From: Alphaproteobacteria bacterium
GTDB taxonomy: Bacteria; Pseudomonadota; Alphaproteobacteria; UBA828; JAPUJA01
Assembly (NCBI GenBank): GCA_963694715.1
Contig: CAVOEB010000001.1
Span: 20,434-84,433 of the forward strand
Length of the DNA: 64,000 nt
Reading direction: 5' to 3'
Positions 48,784-57,686 of this stretch are shown here, one piece after another. The position numbers and the translations under genes were made by a program. Under the pieces are notes generated by a model. The model saw nothing but the letters and a program-made list of their open reading frames with translations. It did no database searches and had not been told where the DNA came from. The number at the start of each line of letters is the position of its first letter. The first letter of the stretch is position 1.

Positions 48784-49751
48784 GCCGCCTCGTCGAGGCC
48801 GTAGGCGCCGGGCCCGGTGATGCCCCGATGGAAGCGCAGGATCTTGACGTAAACCATGGGATCGTGGGGCTTGACCATTGCGCCCTCGACCCGGTTGAGC
48901 CAGTCGTAGAGCCGGGTTAGCAGGAAGCGCACCGCAGCACCCCGGGCCAGCAGCGGCAGGGCGGCCAGCTCCTCGGCGCCCAGCGCGCGTTCCTTGCGGT
49001 AAGCGGAGAGCAGGGCGCGCGCCTTGGTGATATTGAAGCTGGCGTCGGTCTCGAAGCACCAGGCGTTGAGGCAGATAGCCAGGTCGTAGGCAAAGAAATC
49101 GTTACACGCGAAGTAGAAGTCGATCACGCCCGAGAGCTTATGGCTCTCGAAAAAGACGTTGTCCGGGAACATGTCGGCATGGATGACGCCCGCCGGCAAG
49201 GCATCGGGCCAGTCGCGCTCGATCTGGGACAGCTCGGTGCCAAGCTCCTCGGCAAGGCCCTCAGCGACCTCGTCGGCGCGAGGTGCGCAGGCGTCGAAGA
49301 GCGGGCGCCAGCCCGCGACCGAGAGGGCGTTCTCGCGGCGTCCGGGGAAATCCTGGCCCGCCTGGTGAAGACGTCCCAGGGCGCTGCCTAGCGCGCGGCA
49401 ATGCTCGGGCCCGATGCGCCGCGGCCAGGCGCCGGGCAGGAAGGTAGTGATCGCCGCCGAGCGATCGCACAGTTCGTGCAGGACCTTGCCGTCGCGGCCG
49501 TGAATAGGCATCGGGCAGGTCACGCCGCGCGCCGCCAGATGTTCGATCAACGACAGAAAAAAGGGCAGGTCGCTGCGTGCAACGCGCTTCTCGTAGAGGG
49601 TGAGAATATAGGGCGTTGTTTCGGTCAGCAGCAGGTAGTTTGTGTTCTCGACACCCTCGGCGATGCCTTTGAACGAGAGCACCCGGCCAATGTCGAACTG
49701 CTCCGCGAACGCGGCGATCTCGGTATCGGAAACTTCGGTGTAGACGGCCAT
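48780..49751 (-). CDS. thrB: Homoserine kinase (ThrB, aminoglycoside-phosphotransferase-fold type)
   Basis: 323 aa with the APH-like motifs [13 protein letters not shown] and D..D. Its stop overlaps the rnhA start (ATGA). thrB-rnhA synteny is conserved in alphaproteobacteria. Confidence 0.8.
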   Translation of the reverse strand: MAVYTEVSDTEIAAFAEQFDIGRVLSFKGIAEGVENTNYLLLTETTPYILTLYEKRVARSDLPFFLSLIEHLAARGVTCPMPIHGRDGKVLHELCDRSAAITTFLPGAWPRRIGPEHCRALGSALGRLHQAGQDFPGRRENALSVAGWRPLFDACAPRADEVAEGLAEELGTELSQIERDWPDALPAGVIHADMFPDNVFFESHKLSGVIDFYFACNDFFAYDLAICLNAWCFETDASFNITKARALLSAYRKERALGAEELAALPLLARGAAVRFLLTRLYDWLNRVEGAMVKPHDPMVYVKILRFHRGITGPGAYGLDEAA

Positions 49752-49894
49752 GGCGGCATCCTAGCGAATTCGCCGCCGCATCGCGAGGCCCGCCCGCCCC
49801 CCCCCTTGCCCGATCCACCGGCTCTGGCTACTCTCGCGGTCTCATCGATGGCCCGCCGGCAACGCGGCGCCAGCCTCAGCAAAGGACACCGAGA

Positions 49895-50134
49895 ATGGTC
49901 AACCCCGTGATCGCCCAAAAGGCCCCCTACGAAACCGAGGTCGAAGAGGGTAAGAGCTATTTCTGGTGCGCCTGCGGCAAGAGCGCCAAGCAGCCCTTCT
50001 GCGACGGCACCCACGCCGGCACCGGTATCCAGCCGCTCAAATACAAGGCCGAAAAATCGGGCCGCCTGTTCTTTTGTGGCTGCAAGCACAGCGCGCGCAA
50101 GCCACTCTGCGATGGTAGCCACAGCAAGCTCTAG
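49895..50134 (+). CDS. CDGSH iron-sulfur domain protein (two CDGSH-type motifs)
   Basis: 79 aa containing CACGKSAKQPFCDGTH and CGCKHSARKPLCDGSH. Confidence 0.8.
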   Translation: MVNPVIAQKAPYETEVEEGKSYFWCACGKSAKQPFCDGTHAGTGIQPLKYKAEKSGRLFFCGCKHSARKPLCDGSHSKL

Positions 50135-50227
50135 GGCGGGTTCGCCAAAGAGCGACGAAAATCGGTTGACCTAGCAACCCGCTCAACTACTATTTCCCTA
50201 TAAGATTTACCAATTCGATATAGGCAG

Positions 50228-50420
50228 ACGAAGCCTGCGGGAGAGATCGGCCCACCTACGCGAGGGGGGCCGGCGCCGAAGGAGCAACCGCCCCGGAAAC
50301 TCTCAGGCAACAGGGACCGCAGAGGGATGTCGCTCTGGAGAGAAGGGGCTACGCCCGCTGGGCGCGGCCCCTCACCGAAGGGGAACGCCGGCGCAGCCCG
50401 CAGACGGGCAGTCGGTTAAT
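50228..50420 (+). promoter_or_regulatory. Glycine riboswitch (tandem aptamers) in the gcvT leader
   Basis: Aptamer 1 is ...GGGAGAGATCGGCC...GCCGAAGGAGCAACCGCC...CTCAGGCAACAGGGAC.... Aptamer 2 is ...CTCTGGAGAGAAGGGG...CACCGAAGGGGAACGCC.... These match the conserved GGAGAG / ACCGAAGGGGCAA / CTCAGGCAAAAGGAC cores. It sits directly upstream of gcvT-gcvH-gcvP. Confidence 0.8.
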
Positions 50421-50511
50421 CTTTCAGGTGCCAAAGACAGAGGGGGCGGGCAACGCCGAGCGTAGCGTTTCTCCCGACCCGGCTGTTGGCAACCTGGAGG
50501 ATTCGGCGAGC

Positions 50512-51654
50512 GTGGCTCCGAACGGTTTTGCAAAACTTCCCGATGACGCGCCTCTCGCGCGCACGCCGCTTTATGCCCTGCACGAGGAACGGGGCGCGAA
50601 GCTGGTACCCTTCGCAGGCACGGCTCTGCCCGTGCGCTATGCGCCGGGTATCATCGCGGAGCATAACCACACGCGAAACGCGGCCTCGTTGTTCGATGTT
50701 TCGCATATGGGCCAGCTCCGCATCACAGGGTCGGACGCGACGGCGGCACTTGAAGCTTTGATGCCCGCTGATCTCGCCGGCCTAGCGCCGGGGCGGATGC
50801 GCTATTCCATGCTGACCAACGAAGCCTGCGGCATCCGCGACGATCTGATGGCCGCGAACCTCGGCGGCGACTGGTTCGTGGTGGTGAACGGCGCCTGCAA
50901 GAGCGCGGACATCGAGCATATCGTCGCGGGGCTCTCGGGCGACGCCACGCTCACGGTGCTGGAGGACAGCGCATTGCTCGCGCTGCAGGGGCCGGCGGCG
51001 GCCGACGCACTGGCCCGCCACGCGCCACAAGTGGCGGCGTTGCCGTTCATGGGGATCGCCGAAATGGACGTGGCGGGGTGCCCGGTAATCGTTTCACGTG
51101 CGGGCTATACGGGCGAGGACGGTTTCGAGATAGCGCTTCCTGCCGCCGATGCCGAGGCGTTTGCCAGGCGCCTCCTGGCGGAGCCCGAGGTTGAGCCGGC
51201 AGGCCTGGGGGCCCGTGACACCTTGCGCCTTGAAGCGGGTCTTTGCCTTTACGGTCACGATATCGACGAGACCACCACGCCCATCGAAGCCAGGCTGGCC
51301 TGGAGCATCGGCAAGCGGCGGCGTGCCGAGGGCGGATATCCGGGTGCCGACGTCGTTGCGACGCAGTTAGCCCAGGGCGCGTCGCGCCTTCGGGTCGGAC
51401 TGCTGCCCGATGGCCGGGCGCCTGCGCGCGAGGGCACGGCCGTGCTCGACGCAAACGGCGAAACAATCGGTCAAGTGACCAGCGGGGCCATGTCGCCGAC
51501 GCTGGGAGCACCGATTGCGATGGGCTATGTCCGCGCCGATTGCGCCGTGCCGGGCACCGCGCTTGGGCTTTTGGTGCGCGACGTGGTGCGGCCTGCCCGC
51601 ATTGCCCCCTTGCCCTTCGTTGCACACCGCTATTATAGATCTTCAAGCCACTGA
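50512..51654 (+). CDS. gcvT: Glycine cleavage system T protein (aminomethyltransferase)
   Basis: The sequence [27 protein letters not shown] is GcvT-typical. I placed the start at an in-frame GTG 10 nt after GGAGGA; the track ORF start at 50428 would lie inside the riboswitch. Confidence 0.85.
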   Translation: MAPNGFAKLPDDAPLARTPLYALHEERGAKLVPFAGTALPVRYAPGIIAEHNHTRNAASLFDVSHMGQLRITGSDATAALEALMPADLAGLAPGRMRYSMLTNEACGIRDDLMAANLGGDWFVVVNGACKSADIEHIVAGLSGDATLTVLEDSALLALQGPAAADALARHAPQVAALPFMGIAEMDVAGCPVIVSRAGYTGEDGFEIALPAADAEAFARRLLAEPEVEPAGLGARDTLRLEAGLCLYGHDIDETTTPIEARLAWSIGKRRRAEGGYPGADVVATQLAQGASRLRVGLLPDGRAPAREGTAVLDANGETIGQVTSGAMSPTLGAPIAMGYVRADCAVPGTALGLLVRDVVRPARIAPLPFVAHRYYRSSSH

Positions 51655-51670
51655 CAGAGAGAGCTGCATC

Positions 51671-52048
51671 ATGGCCGGTCTGAGATACACCAAGGAACAT
51701 GAATGGATTCGCGTCGACGGCGACATTGCCACCGTGGGCATCTCGGATTACGCCCAGGAGCAATTGGGCGACGTGGTCTATGTCGAACTGCCGGAGCCGG
51801 GCAAGGCGGTCTCCCTCGGCAGCGAGGCGGCGGTGATCGAATCGGTCAAGGCGGCAAGCGATATCTATGCCCCGGTCAGCGGGGAGGTGACCGAGGTCAA
51901 CCCGAAGCTCGAAGACGAGCCTGAAACGGTCAACGGATCGCCGACCGGCGAGGGCTGGTTCATGAAAATCCGGCTCTCCGATCCCGGCGAGCTTGACGGG
52001 TTGATGGACGAAGCGGCCTACGACGCGTTTATCGAGACCATCGAATAG
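51671..52048 (+). CDS. gcvH: Glycine cleavage system H protein
   Basis: 125 aa with the lipoyl-lysine motif ESVKAASD and an N-terminus [17 protein letters not shown]. Confidence 0.9.
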   Translation: MAGLRYTKEHEWIRVDGDIATVGISDYAQEQLGDVVYVELPEPGKAVSLGSEAAVIESVKAASDIYAPVSGEVTEVNPKLEDEPETVNGSPTGEGWFMKIRLSDPGELDGLMDEAAYDAFIETIE

Positions 52049-52110
52049 AACAACAAGCCAGCACGGTGACGCGCGCTTCCACGGACGGGCGACAAAAAAA
52101 GGAGACCCGC

Positions 52111-55020
52111 ATGACGGGCGATACCAGGAGCCTCGACGAGCTGCAGTACCGGGATGAATTCATCAGCCGCCATATCGGGCCGCAACCCACTGACGTTGCG
52201 GACATGCTGGCAACTCTCGGATTCGAATCGCTCGACGAGCTGGTCCGGAACACAGTGCCTGAGGCGGTGCGCGGCGAACTGCCCGAAGATTTTCCAGCTG
52301 CCCTTCCCGAACGCGAGGCGCTCGAAGCGCTGGCCCGGATGGCGGCGCGCAACAAGCCGGCCTGCTCGATGATAGGGCTCGGCTATTACGACACCTTCAC
52401 GCCCCCGGTGGTCCAGCGCAGCGTGCTCGAAAGCCCGGGCTGGTATACCGCCTACACGCCTTACCAACCGGAGATCTCGCAAGGCCGCCTGGAGGCGCTG
52501 CTCAACTTCCAGACCATGGTGATGGAACTAACGGCGATGGACCTCGCCAACGCCTCGCTGCTCGATGAGGCGACCGCCGCGGCCGAGGCGATGACCATGA
52601 GCCAGGCCATCGCGAAGGGCGAACGCGCCCGCTATTTCGTCGCGGCAAGCTGCCATCCCCAGACTATCGCCGTGGTACGAACCCGGGCACGGCCGCTCGG
52701 AATCGAAGTCGAGGTCGGTGATCCCGAGCATGATTTTGACCCCGAGGCCTGCTTCGGCATTCTGCTGCAGTATCCGGCGAGCAACGGCGGCTTGCCGGAT
52801 TATGCTGGCCTCACGGAGCGCGCCCATGCGGCGGGCGCGCTGGTCACCGTGGCGAGCGACCTGCTATCGTTGGTTCTGCTTCGCCCGCCGGGTGAATTCG
52901 GCGCCGACATCGTGGTCGGCAATTCCCAGCGCTTTGGCGTTCCCATGGGCTTTGGCGGGCCGCATGCGGCGTTTTTCGCCGCACGCGAGGCTTATCGCCG
53001 CTACCTTCCGGGCCGCATCGTCGGTGTTTCGATCGATGCGGCCGGCCGCCCCGCGCTGCGCCTCGCGCTGCAGACGCGCGAGCAGCATATCCGGCGCGAA
53101 AAGGCGACCAGCAATATCTGCACCGCACAGGTCTTGCTCGCGGTGATCGCCGGGATGTACGCCGTCTGGCATGGGCCCGAGGGCCTGCGCACGATCGCGC
53201 TCCGGGTTCACCGCCTCACCTCGATCCTAGCGGCGGGCTTGAAAGAACAGGGGTTCGCACTGGTCAGCGACGGCTGGTTCGACACGCTAAGCGTCGAAGC
53301 GGGCGAGCGGGCCGGCGCTATCCTGACCCACGCCCGCGAATTCGGTATCAACCTCCGGGCGGCCGAGGATGGGCGCGTCGGGATCGCGCTCGACGAAACG
53401 ACGACGCCCCACGACATCGAACAGCTCTGGCGGGCGTTTGCCGGGCTGGGGACGATGGAATTGCAGGTGGACGGGGTCGACGAGGCCTTGCGCGATGACC
53501 CCCTGGCCGCGATTCCCGCCGCGCAGCGGCGCACCAGCGGTTATCTCAAACATCCCTGCTTTACAAGCCATCACTCGGAAACGGAGATGCTGCGTTATCT
53601 CAAGAGCCTTGAAAGTAAGGACGTGGCGCTCGATCGCTCGATGATCCCGCTGGGCTCCTGCACCATGAAGCTGAACGCGACCGCCGAGATGATCCCCATC
53701 AGCTGGCCCGGCTTCGCGCGTATGCACCCCTTTGCGCCGCTTGACCAGGCGGACGGCTATCGGGAGTTGATCGAGAGCTTAGAGCAGCGTTTGGCCCAAG
53801 CGACGGGATTTGCCGCCGTATCGTTGCAACCGAACGCGGGCTCGCAGGGCGAGTATGCGGGGTTGCTCGTGATCCGGCGCTGGCACGAGTCCCAAGGACA
53901 GGGCCATCGCTCGGTTTGCCTTATTCCAAGCTCGGCGCACGGGACCAACCCGGCCAGCGCGGTGATGGCGGGCTTGCGCGTGGTCGTGGTTGAGTGCGAC
54001 GAGCATGGCAATATCGACGTCGACGACCTGCGCGCCAAGGCGGACGCCCACCGGGACGATCTGGCGGCGCTGATGGTGACATATCCTTCGACCCACGGCG
54101 TATTCGAGGAAAGTATCATCGAGTTATGTAAAATCGTGCACCGCGCCGGCGGCCAAGTCTACATGGACGGGGCCAACATGAATGCGCTGCTCGGCCTTGC
54201 GCTTCCCGGCCGGTTCGGCCCGGACGTCGCGCACATGAACCTGCACAAGACGTTCGCCATCCCGCACGGCGGTGGCGGACCGGGGGTAGGGCCGATCGGC
54301 GTCGGCGAACATCTGGCACCCCACCTGCCCAACCATCCACTGCGCGCCGCAGCCGGCCCCGAGGACGGGATCGGCCCGGTGTCGGCCGCGCCCTGGGGCA
54401 GTGCGGGTGTGCTGCCGATCTCGTGGGCCTATATTGCGATGATGGGTCGGGAGGGGCTGACCCGGGCGAGCCAGGTAGCGATCCTAAATGCGAACTACAT
54501 GGCCCGCCGGCTGAGCCCTCATTTCAGCGTGCTCTATACGGGCATCAAAGGGTTCGTCGCGCACGAATGCATCGTCGATCTGCGCCCGCTCGAGAAGGAT
54601 ACGGACGTGACCACGGACGATATCTGCAAGCGGTTGATGGATTACGGCTTCCACGCCCCGACCATGCATTGGCCCGTTTCAGGGACGATCATGATCGAGC
54701 CGACGGAAAGCGAATCCCGCGCCGAGATGGATCGATTTTGCGATGCGCTGATCGCGATTCGCGAGGAGGTCCGCCGGATCGAGGCGGGCAAGAGCGATGC
54801 AGCCGACAATCCGCTCAAGCACGCGCCTCACACGGTCGACGAGGTGAGCGCCCTGGAATGGAGCCACGCCTACAGTCGCGAGGAGGCCGCGTGGCCCCTT
54901 GCCTGGCTGCGCGATGCAAAATACTGGCCGCCGGTCAAGCGGGTCGATAACGTCTATGGGGACCGCCACCTGGTCTGCTCCTGCGCGCCGCTCGACGATT
55001 ACCGGGCAGCGGTGGAATAG
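52111..55020 (+). CDS. gcvP: Glycine dehydrogenase (decarboxylating), single-chain P protein
   Basis: 969 aa with a PLP-lysine region and two aminotransferase-like halves. SD AAAAAGGAGA precedes the ATG at 52111. Confidence 0.9.
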   Translation: MTGDTRSLDELQYRDEFISRHIGPQPTDVADMLATLGFESLDELVRNTVPEAVRGELPEDFPAALPEREALEALARMAARNKPACSMIGLGYYDTFTPPVVQRSVLESPGWYTAYTPYQPEISQGRLEALLNFQTMVMELTAMDLANASLLDEATAAAEAMTMSQAIAKGERARYFVAASCHPQTIAVVRTRARPLGIEVEVGDPEHDFDPEACFGILLQYPASNGGLPDYAGLTERAHAAGALVTVASDLLSLVLLRPPGEFGADIVVGNSQRFGVPMGFGGPHAAFFAAREAYRRYLPGRIVGVSIDAAGRPALRLALQTREQHIRREKATSNICTAQVLLAVIAGMYAVWHGPEGLRTIALRVHRLTSILAAGLKEQGFALVSDGWFDTLSVEAGERAGAILTHAREFGINLRAAEDGRVGIALDETTTPHDIEQLWRAFAGLGTMELQVDGVDEALRDDPLAAIPAAQRRTSGYLKHPCFTSHHSETEMLRYLKSLESKDVALDRSMIPLGSCTMKLNATAEMIPISWPGFARMHPFAPLDQADGYRELIESLEQRLAQATGFAAVSLQPNAGSQGEYAGLLVIRRWHESQGQGHRSVCLIPSSAHGTNPASAVMAGLRVVVVECDEHGNIDVDDLRAKADAHRDDLAALMVTYPSTHGVFEESIIELCKIVHRAGGQVYMDGANMNALLGLALPGRFGPDVAHMNLHKTFAIPHGGGGPGVGPIGVGEHLAPHLPNHPLRAAAGPEDGIGPVSAAPWGSAGVLPISWAYIAMMGREGLTRASQVAILNANYMARRLSPHFSVLYTGIKGFVAHECIVDLRPLEKDTDVTTDDICKRLMDYGFHAPTMHWPVSGTIMIEPTESESRAEMDRFCDALIAIREEVRRIEAGKSDAADNPLKHAPHTVDEVSALEWSHAYSREEAAWPLAWLRDAKYWPPVKRVDNVYGDRHLVCSCAPLDDYRAAVE

Positions 55021-55033
55021 GCGTGAGGGCATA

Positions 55034-55069
55034 AAAGAGGCCGCTGTCCTTGCGGCGCGGCCTTTCTTT
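55034..55069. terminator. Bidirectional terminator hairpin between convergent gcvP and atpF
   Basis: Sequence AAAGAGGCCGC-(11-nt loop)-GCGGCCTTTCTTT. It is a GC-rich stem with one bulge, with A-run and T-run flanks that suit termination in both directions. Confidence 0.45.
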
Positions 55070-55092
55070 GACGCGATGGATAACCGCTCGCG

Positions 55093-55581
55093 TTAGTTCA
55101 GCCTCTTGGAGAGATCCGCGATGGTCTGGTCGACAAGACTATCGCGCTGGGCGTCGCTCATGGATTCGCGCAAGACCCGGCCGGTGGCCGAGAGCGCGAC
55201 TTCGATGGCGGCGTTGCGCACCGCGTTGATCGCGTGGGCCTCGGCCTGGGCGACGTTTTGTTCCGCCATCTGGGTGCGCCGCTCGAGGTAGGCTTCGAGA
55301 TCCTTCTCGCCCTGCTCGGCCTTGCGCTCCGCCTCTTCGCGGGCCAGGGCGGCGATCGCCCCGGCCTCGCCCGCCGCCTCGCGCTGCTGGCGCTCATAGT
55401 TGGCAAGCAGCTCCTGAGCTTCCTCGTGAAACTTGCGGGCCTGGTCGAGCTCGTTTGCAATCTTCGCCGCGCGATCGTCGAGGATGGTGAGAATCTTGCG
55501 TCCGCCTTTCCAGGCGACGATGCCGAGGAAGGCCACGAAAGCGACGAGGATCCAAGTGTTGGGGTCTTCGATAATTCTCAT
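55093..55581 (-). CDS. atpF: ATP synthase F0 subunit b
   Basis: 162 aa with an N-terminal TM followed by a long charged coiled coil. Last gene of the F0 operon. Confidence 0.8.
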   Translation of the reverse strand: MRIIEDPNTWILVAFVAFLGIVAWKGGRKILTILDDRAAKIANELDQARKFHEEAQELLANYERQQREAAGEAGAIAALAREEAERKAEQGEKDLEAYLERRTQMAEQNVAQAEAHAINAVRNAAIEVALSATGRVLRESMSDAQRDSLVDQTIADLSKRLN

Positions 55582-55583
55582 GG

Positions 55584-56075
55584 TCAGTCCTTCCGGCCCA
55601 GCTCGGCGTCGACAGCGGTCTCGACCGTTTTGGAGTCCGGAGCTTTGCCCGCTAGTTTGGCGGTCGCCGAGGTCGCGACGTCGAGCGCCATCTCGCGGAT
55701 GTTCGCCATGGCCTTCTCGCGCGCCGCATCGATGCGGGTCTCGGCTTCCGCGATGCGCGTATCGAGCTGCGCCTCGAGCGCCGCCTTGCGTTCGGCAGCC
55801 TCGGCGTCGAGCTTCTTGCGGGTTTCGGCGATCATGGCCTGGGCGGTCGCACGCGCCTCGTCCAGCGCCTGCTGATAGGCGCTCAGGGCCTCGCCCGCTT
55901 CGCGTTTAAGCTCTTCGGCGCGGGCCAGATCATCCTCGATCCGCCGCCGACGTTCTTCAATAACCCCGCCGACGCGCGGCAGCGCCACCTTCCACATCAG
56001 CAGAAGGAGGATGATGAAGGTGACCGCCAGCCAGAACAGCTGGGTCGGCCAATCACCGGCTTCGAGTTGCGGCAT
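55584..56075 (-). CDS. atpF2: ATP synthase F0 subunit b' (second b-type subunit, alphaproteobacterial/photosynthetic type)
   Basis: 163 aa with a b-like architecture, adjacent to atpF. Confidence 0.8.
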   Translation of the reverse strand: MPQLEAGDWPTQLFWLAVTFIILLLLMWKVALPRVGGVIEERRRRIEDDLARAEELKREAGEALSAYQQALDEARATAQAMIAETRKKLDAEAAERKAALEAQLDTRIAEAETRIDAAREKAMANIREMALDVATSATAKLAGKAPDSKTVETAVDAELGRKD

Positions 56076-56138
56076 CCGTGTCTCCGGGGCTTATGCGCCG
56101 GCGTCTCTGCCGGAGCGCTCCTGAACCGTGCAGTTCAA

Positions 56139-56366
56139 TCAGCTGCCGAACATGATTAGGAAGGCCATCACGAGGGCGAACAGCGCCACCGCTTCGGAGA
56201 GCGCGAAGCCCAGCAACACGTTGCCGAAGAGCTTCGGCGCCGCAGCCGGGTTGCGCCCCGCGGCCGAGACGTAGCTGCCGAAGATGATGCCGATGCCGAC
56301 GCCTGAGCCCGCCACGCCAATGGTTGCAAGACCACCGCCGATCAACTTTGCCGCTTCGATATCCAT
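56139..56366 (-). CDS. atpE: ATP synthase F0 subunit c
   Basis: 75 aa, a two-helix hairpin with GxGxGxG ([14 protein letters not shown]) and a conserved carboxylate in helix 2 (ALSEAVALF). Confidence 0.9.
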   Translation of the reverse strand: MDIEAAKLIGGGLATIGVAGSGVGIGIIFGSYVSAAGRNPAAAPKLFGNVLLGFALSEAVALFALVMAFLIMFGS

Positions 56367-56421
56367 GGTTCGGTTTCCTTCTTCAGACGAATGTCAAAAA
56401 ATCGATGAACGAGGGTGTGCC

Positions 56422-57165
56422 TCAATGATGCATGTGAATGGCGTCACGCAGATAGAGACAGGAAAGAATGGCAAATACATAGGCTTGCAGGAAGGCAACG
56501 ATCGATTCCAGCGCATAGAGCGCGATGATGAAAGCGAACGGCGCGAAGCCCAGGAACCCCAGCGCGAACACGAAGCCCCCGAAGACGTGGAGCATGGTGT
56601 GTCCGGCCATCATATTGGCAAACAGCCGAACCGCCAGGCTGATGGGGCGCGCGAGATAGGAGACGATCTCGATCGGCACCAGCAAGGGCATCAGGAAAAT
56701 CGGCACGCCCTGGGGCACGAAGAACAAGAAGAAACGGTGCTTGTGGATGATCAGGCCGATCAGGGTGACGCCAATGAATACAATCGCCGCGAACATGAAG
56801 GTGACGACGATGTGGCTGGTGTAGGTGAAGGCGTAGGGGATCAGCCCGAGTGCGTTCCCGAACAGGAGAAACATGAACAGGCTGAAGATGAAGGGGAAGT
56901 ACTTGCGCCCCTCGGGGCCAACATTGTCGTCCAGCATACGGGCGACCAATTCGTAGAGCGATTCCGCGATCGATTGCATCCGGGTGGGCACGAGCCGGCG
57001 GGTGCGCACGGACATGGTCATCAGCATGGTGATCGCGACCACGGCGATCACCATCATCATGGCCGAATTAGTGAACGACACGTCGAAGCCGCCCAGGTCG
57101 ATCTCGACGATGCGCTGGATGGAGAACTGGTCGAGCGGGCCGTGATGTTCTGCAGCTGCGGACAC
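56422..57165 (-). CDS. atpB: ATP synthase F0 subunit a
   Basis: 247 aa with 5-6 TM helices and the conserved Arg region LAVRLFANMMAGH. Confidence 0.9.
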   Translation of the reverse strand: MSAAAEHHGPLDQFSIQRIVEIDLGGFDVSFTNSAMMMVIAVVAITMLMTMSVRTRRLVPTRMQSIAESLYELVARMLDDNVGPEGRKYFPFIFSLFMFLLFGNALGLIPYAFTYTSHIVVTFMFAAIVFIGVTLIGLIIHKHRFFLFFVPQGVPIFLMPLLVPIEIVSYLARPISLAVRLFANMMAGHTMLHVFGGFVFALGFLGFAPFAFIIALYALESIVAFLQAYVFAILSCLYLRDAIHMHH

Positions 57166-57178
57166 GGGCGGTTATCCC

Positions 57179-57538
57179 CTATCGATCTTTTGAAGCGCCA
57201 TCGTCGCGACGGGATTCCAATTTTTGTTTCGCCTCGGCTTCGTCGAACTCGGCTTCCATTCGCCGCGCCGTCCGAAACGCATTTCTTAATCCCGCGGCCA
57301 CCCCGACCAGCAGGAAGGTCAACATAAGCCACGGTTTCGTACCGAGCCAGTCGTCCAGAAACCAGCCGATGCCCCCGCCAACAGCCAGTGCCGCAACCAT
57401 CTCGACCGCTATCTGAAGCGCTCGACCCAGGCCTGTCTGGGTGGTTCGCGGCTGCTCCGCCGCCTGACGTACGTTGCGTGCTTTCTGCAGACGGGAGCCA
57501 AATTCGTCAAGCGAGGAAGGGTCTCTTTTCTGCGCCAT
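57179..57538 (-). CDS. atpI: ATP synthase protein I (AtpI/AtpZ-like small membrane protein)
   Basis: About 119 aa from the ATG at 57538, with two TM helices, immediately upstream of atpB. The longer 149-aa track ORF would start inside the putative promoter. Confidence 0.5.
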   Translation of the reverse strand: MAQKRDPSSLDEFGSRLQKARNVRQAAEQPRTTQTGLGRALQIAVEMVAALAVGGGIGWFLDDWLGTKPWLMLTFLLVGVAAGLRNAFRTARRMEAEFDEAEAKQKLESRRDDGASKDR

Positions 57539-57592
57539 TCCTGCCCCTTCGGCTCCGGCGATTGCATAGAGCCCGCGCCGCTTGAGCGGTCG

Positions 57593-57622
57593 AAACATAC
57601 GAAGCGAATTACAGCCTGTCAA
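57593..57622 (-). promoter_or_regulatory. Putative sigma70-type promoter of the atpI-atpB-atpE-atpF'-atpF operon
   Basis: On the minus strand the sequence is TTGACA-N18-TATGTT, about 45-55 nt upstream of the atpI ATG, in an unusually AT-rich intergenic stretch. Confidence 0.35.
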
Positions 57623-57686
57623 GGCCAAAACTATAAGCTATAAGATATTGAAAAATAACAAACAAATGGCCGTCTGGCGAGGCTGA

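Noticed and set aside
50428-50511. Track ORF start for gcvT at 50428
   Set aside because: It would place the first 28 codons inside the glycine riboswitch's second aptamer and expression platform. I preferred an in-frame GTG at 50512 with an SD.
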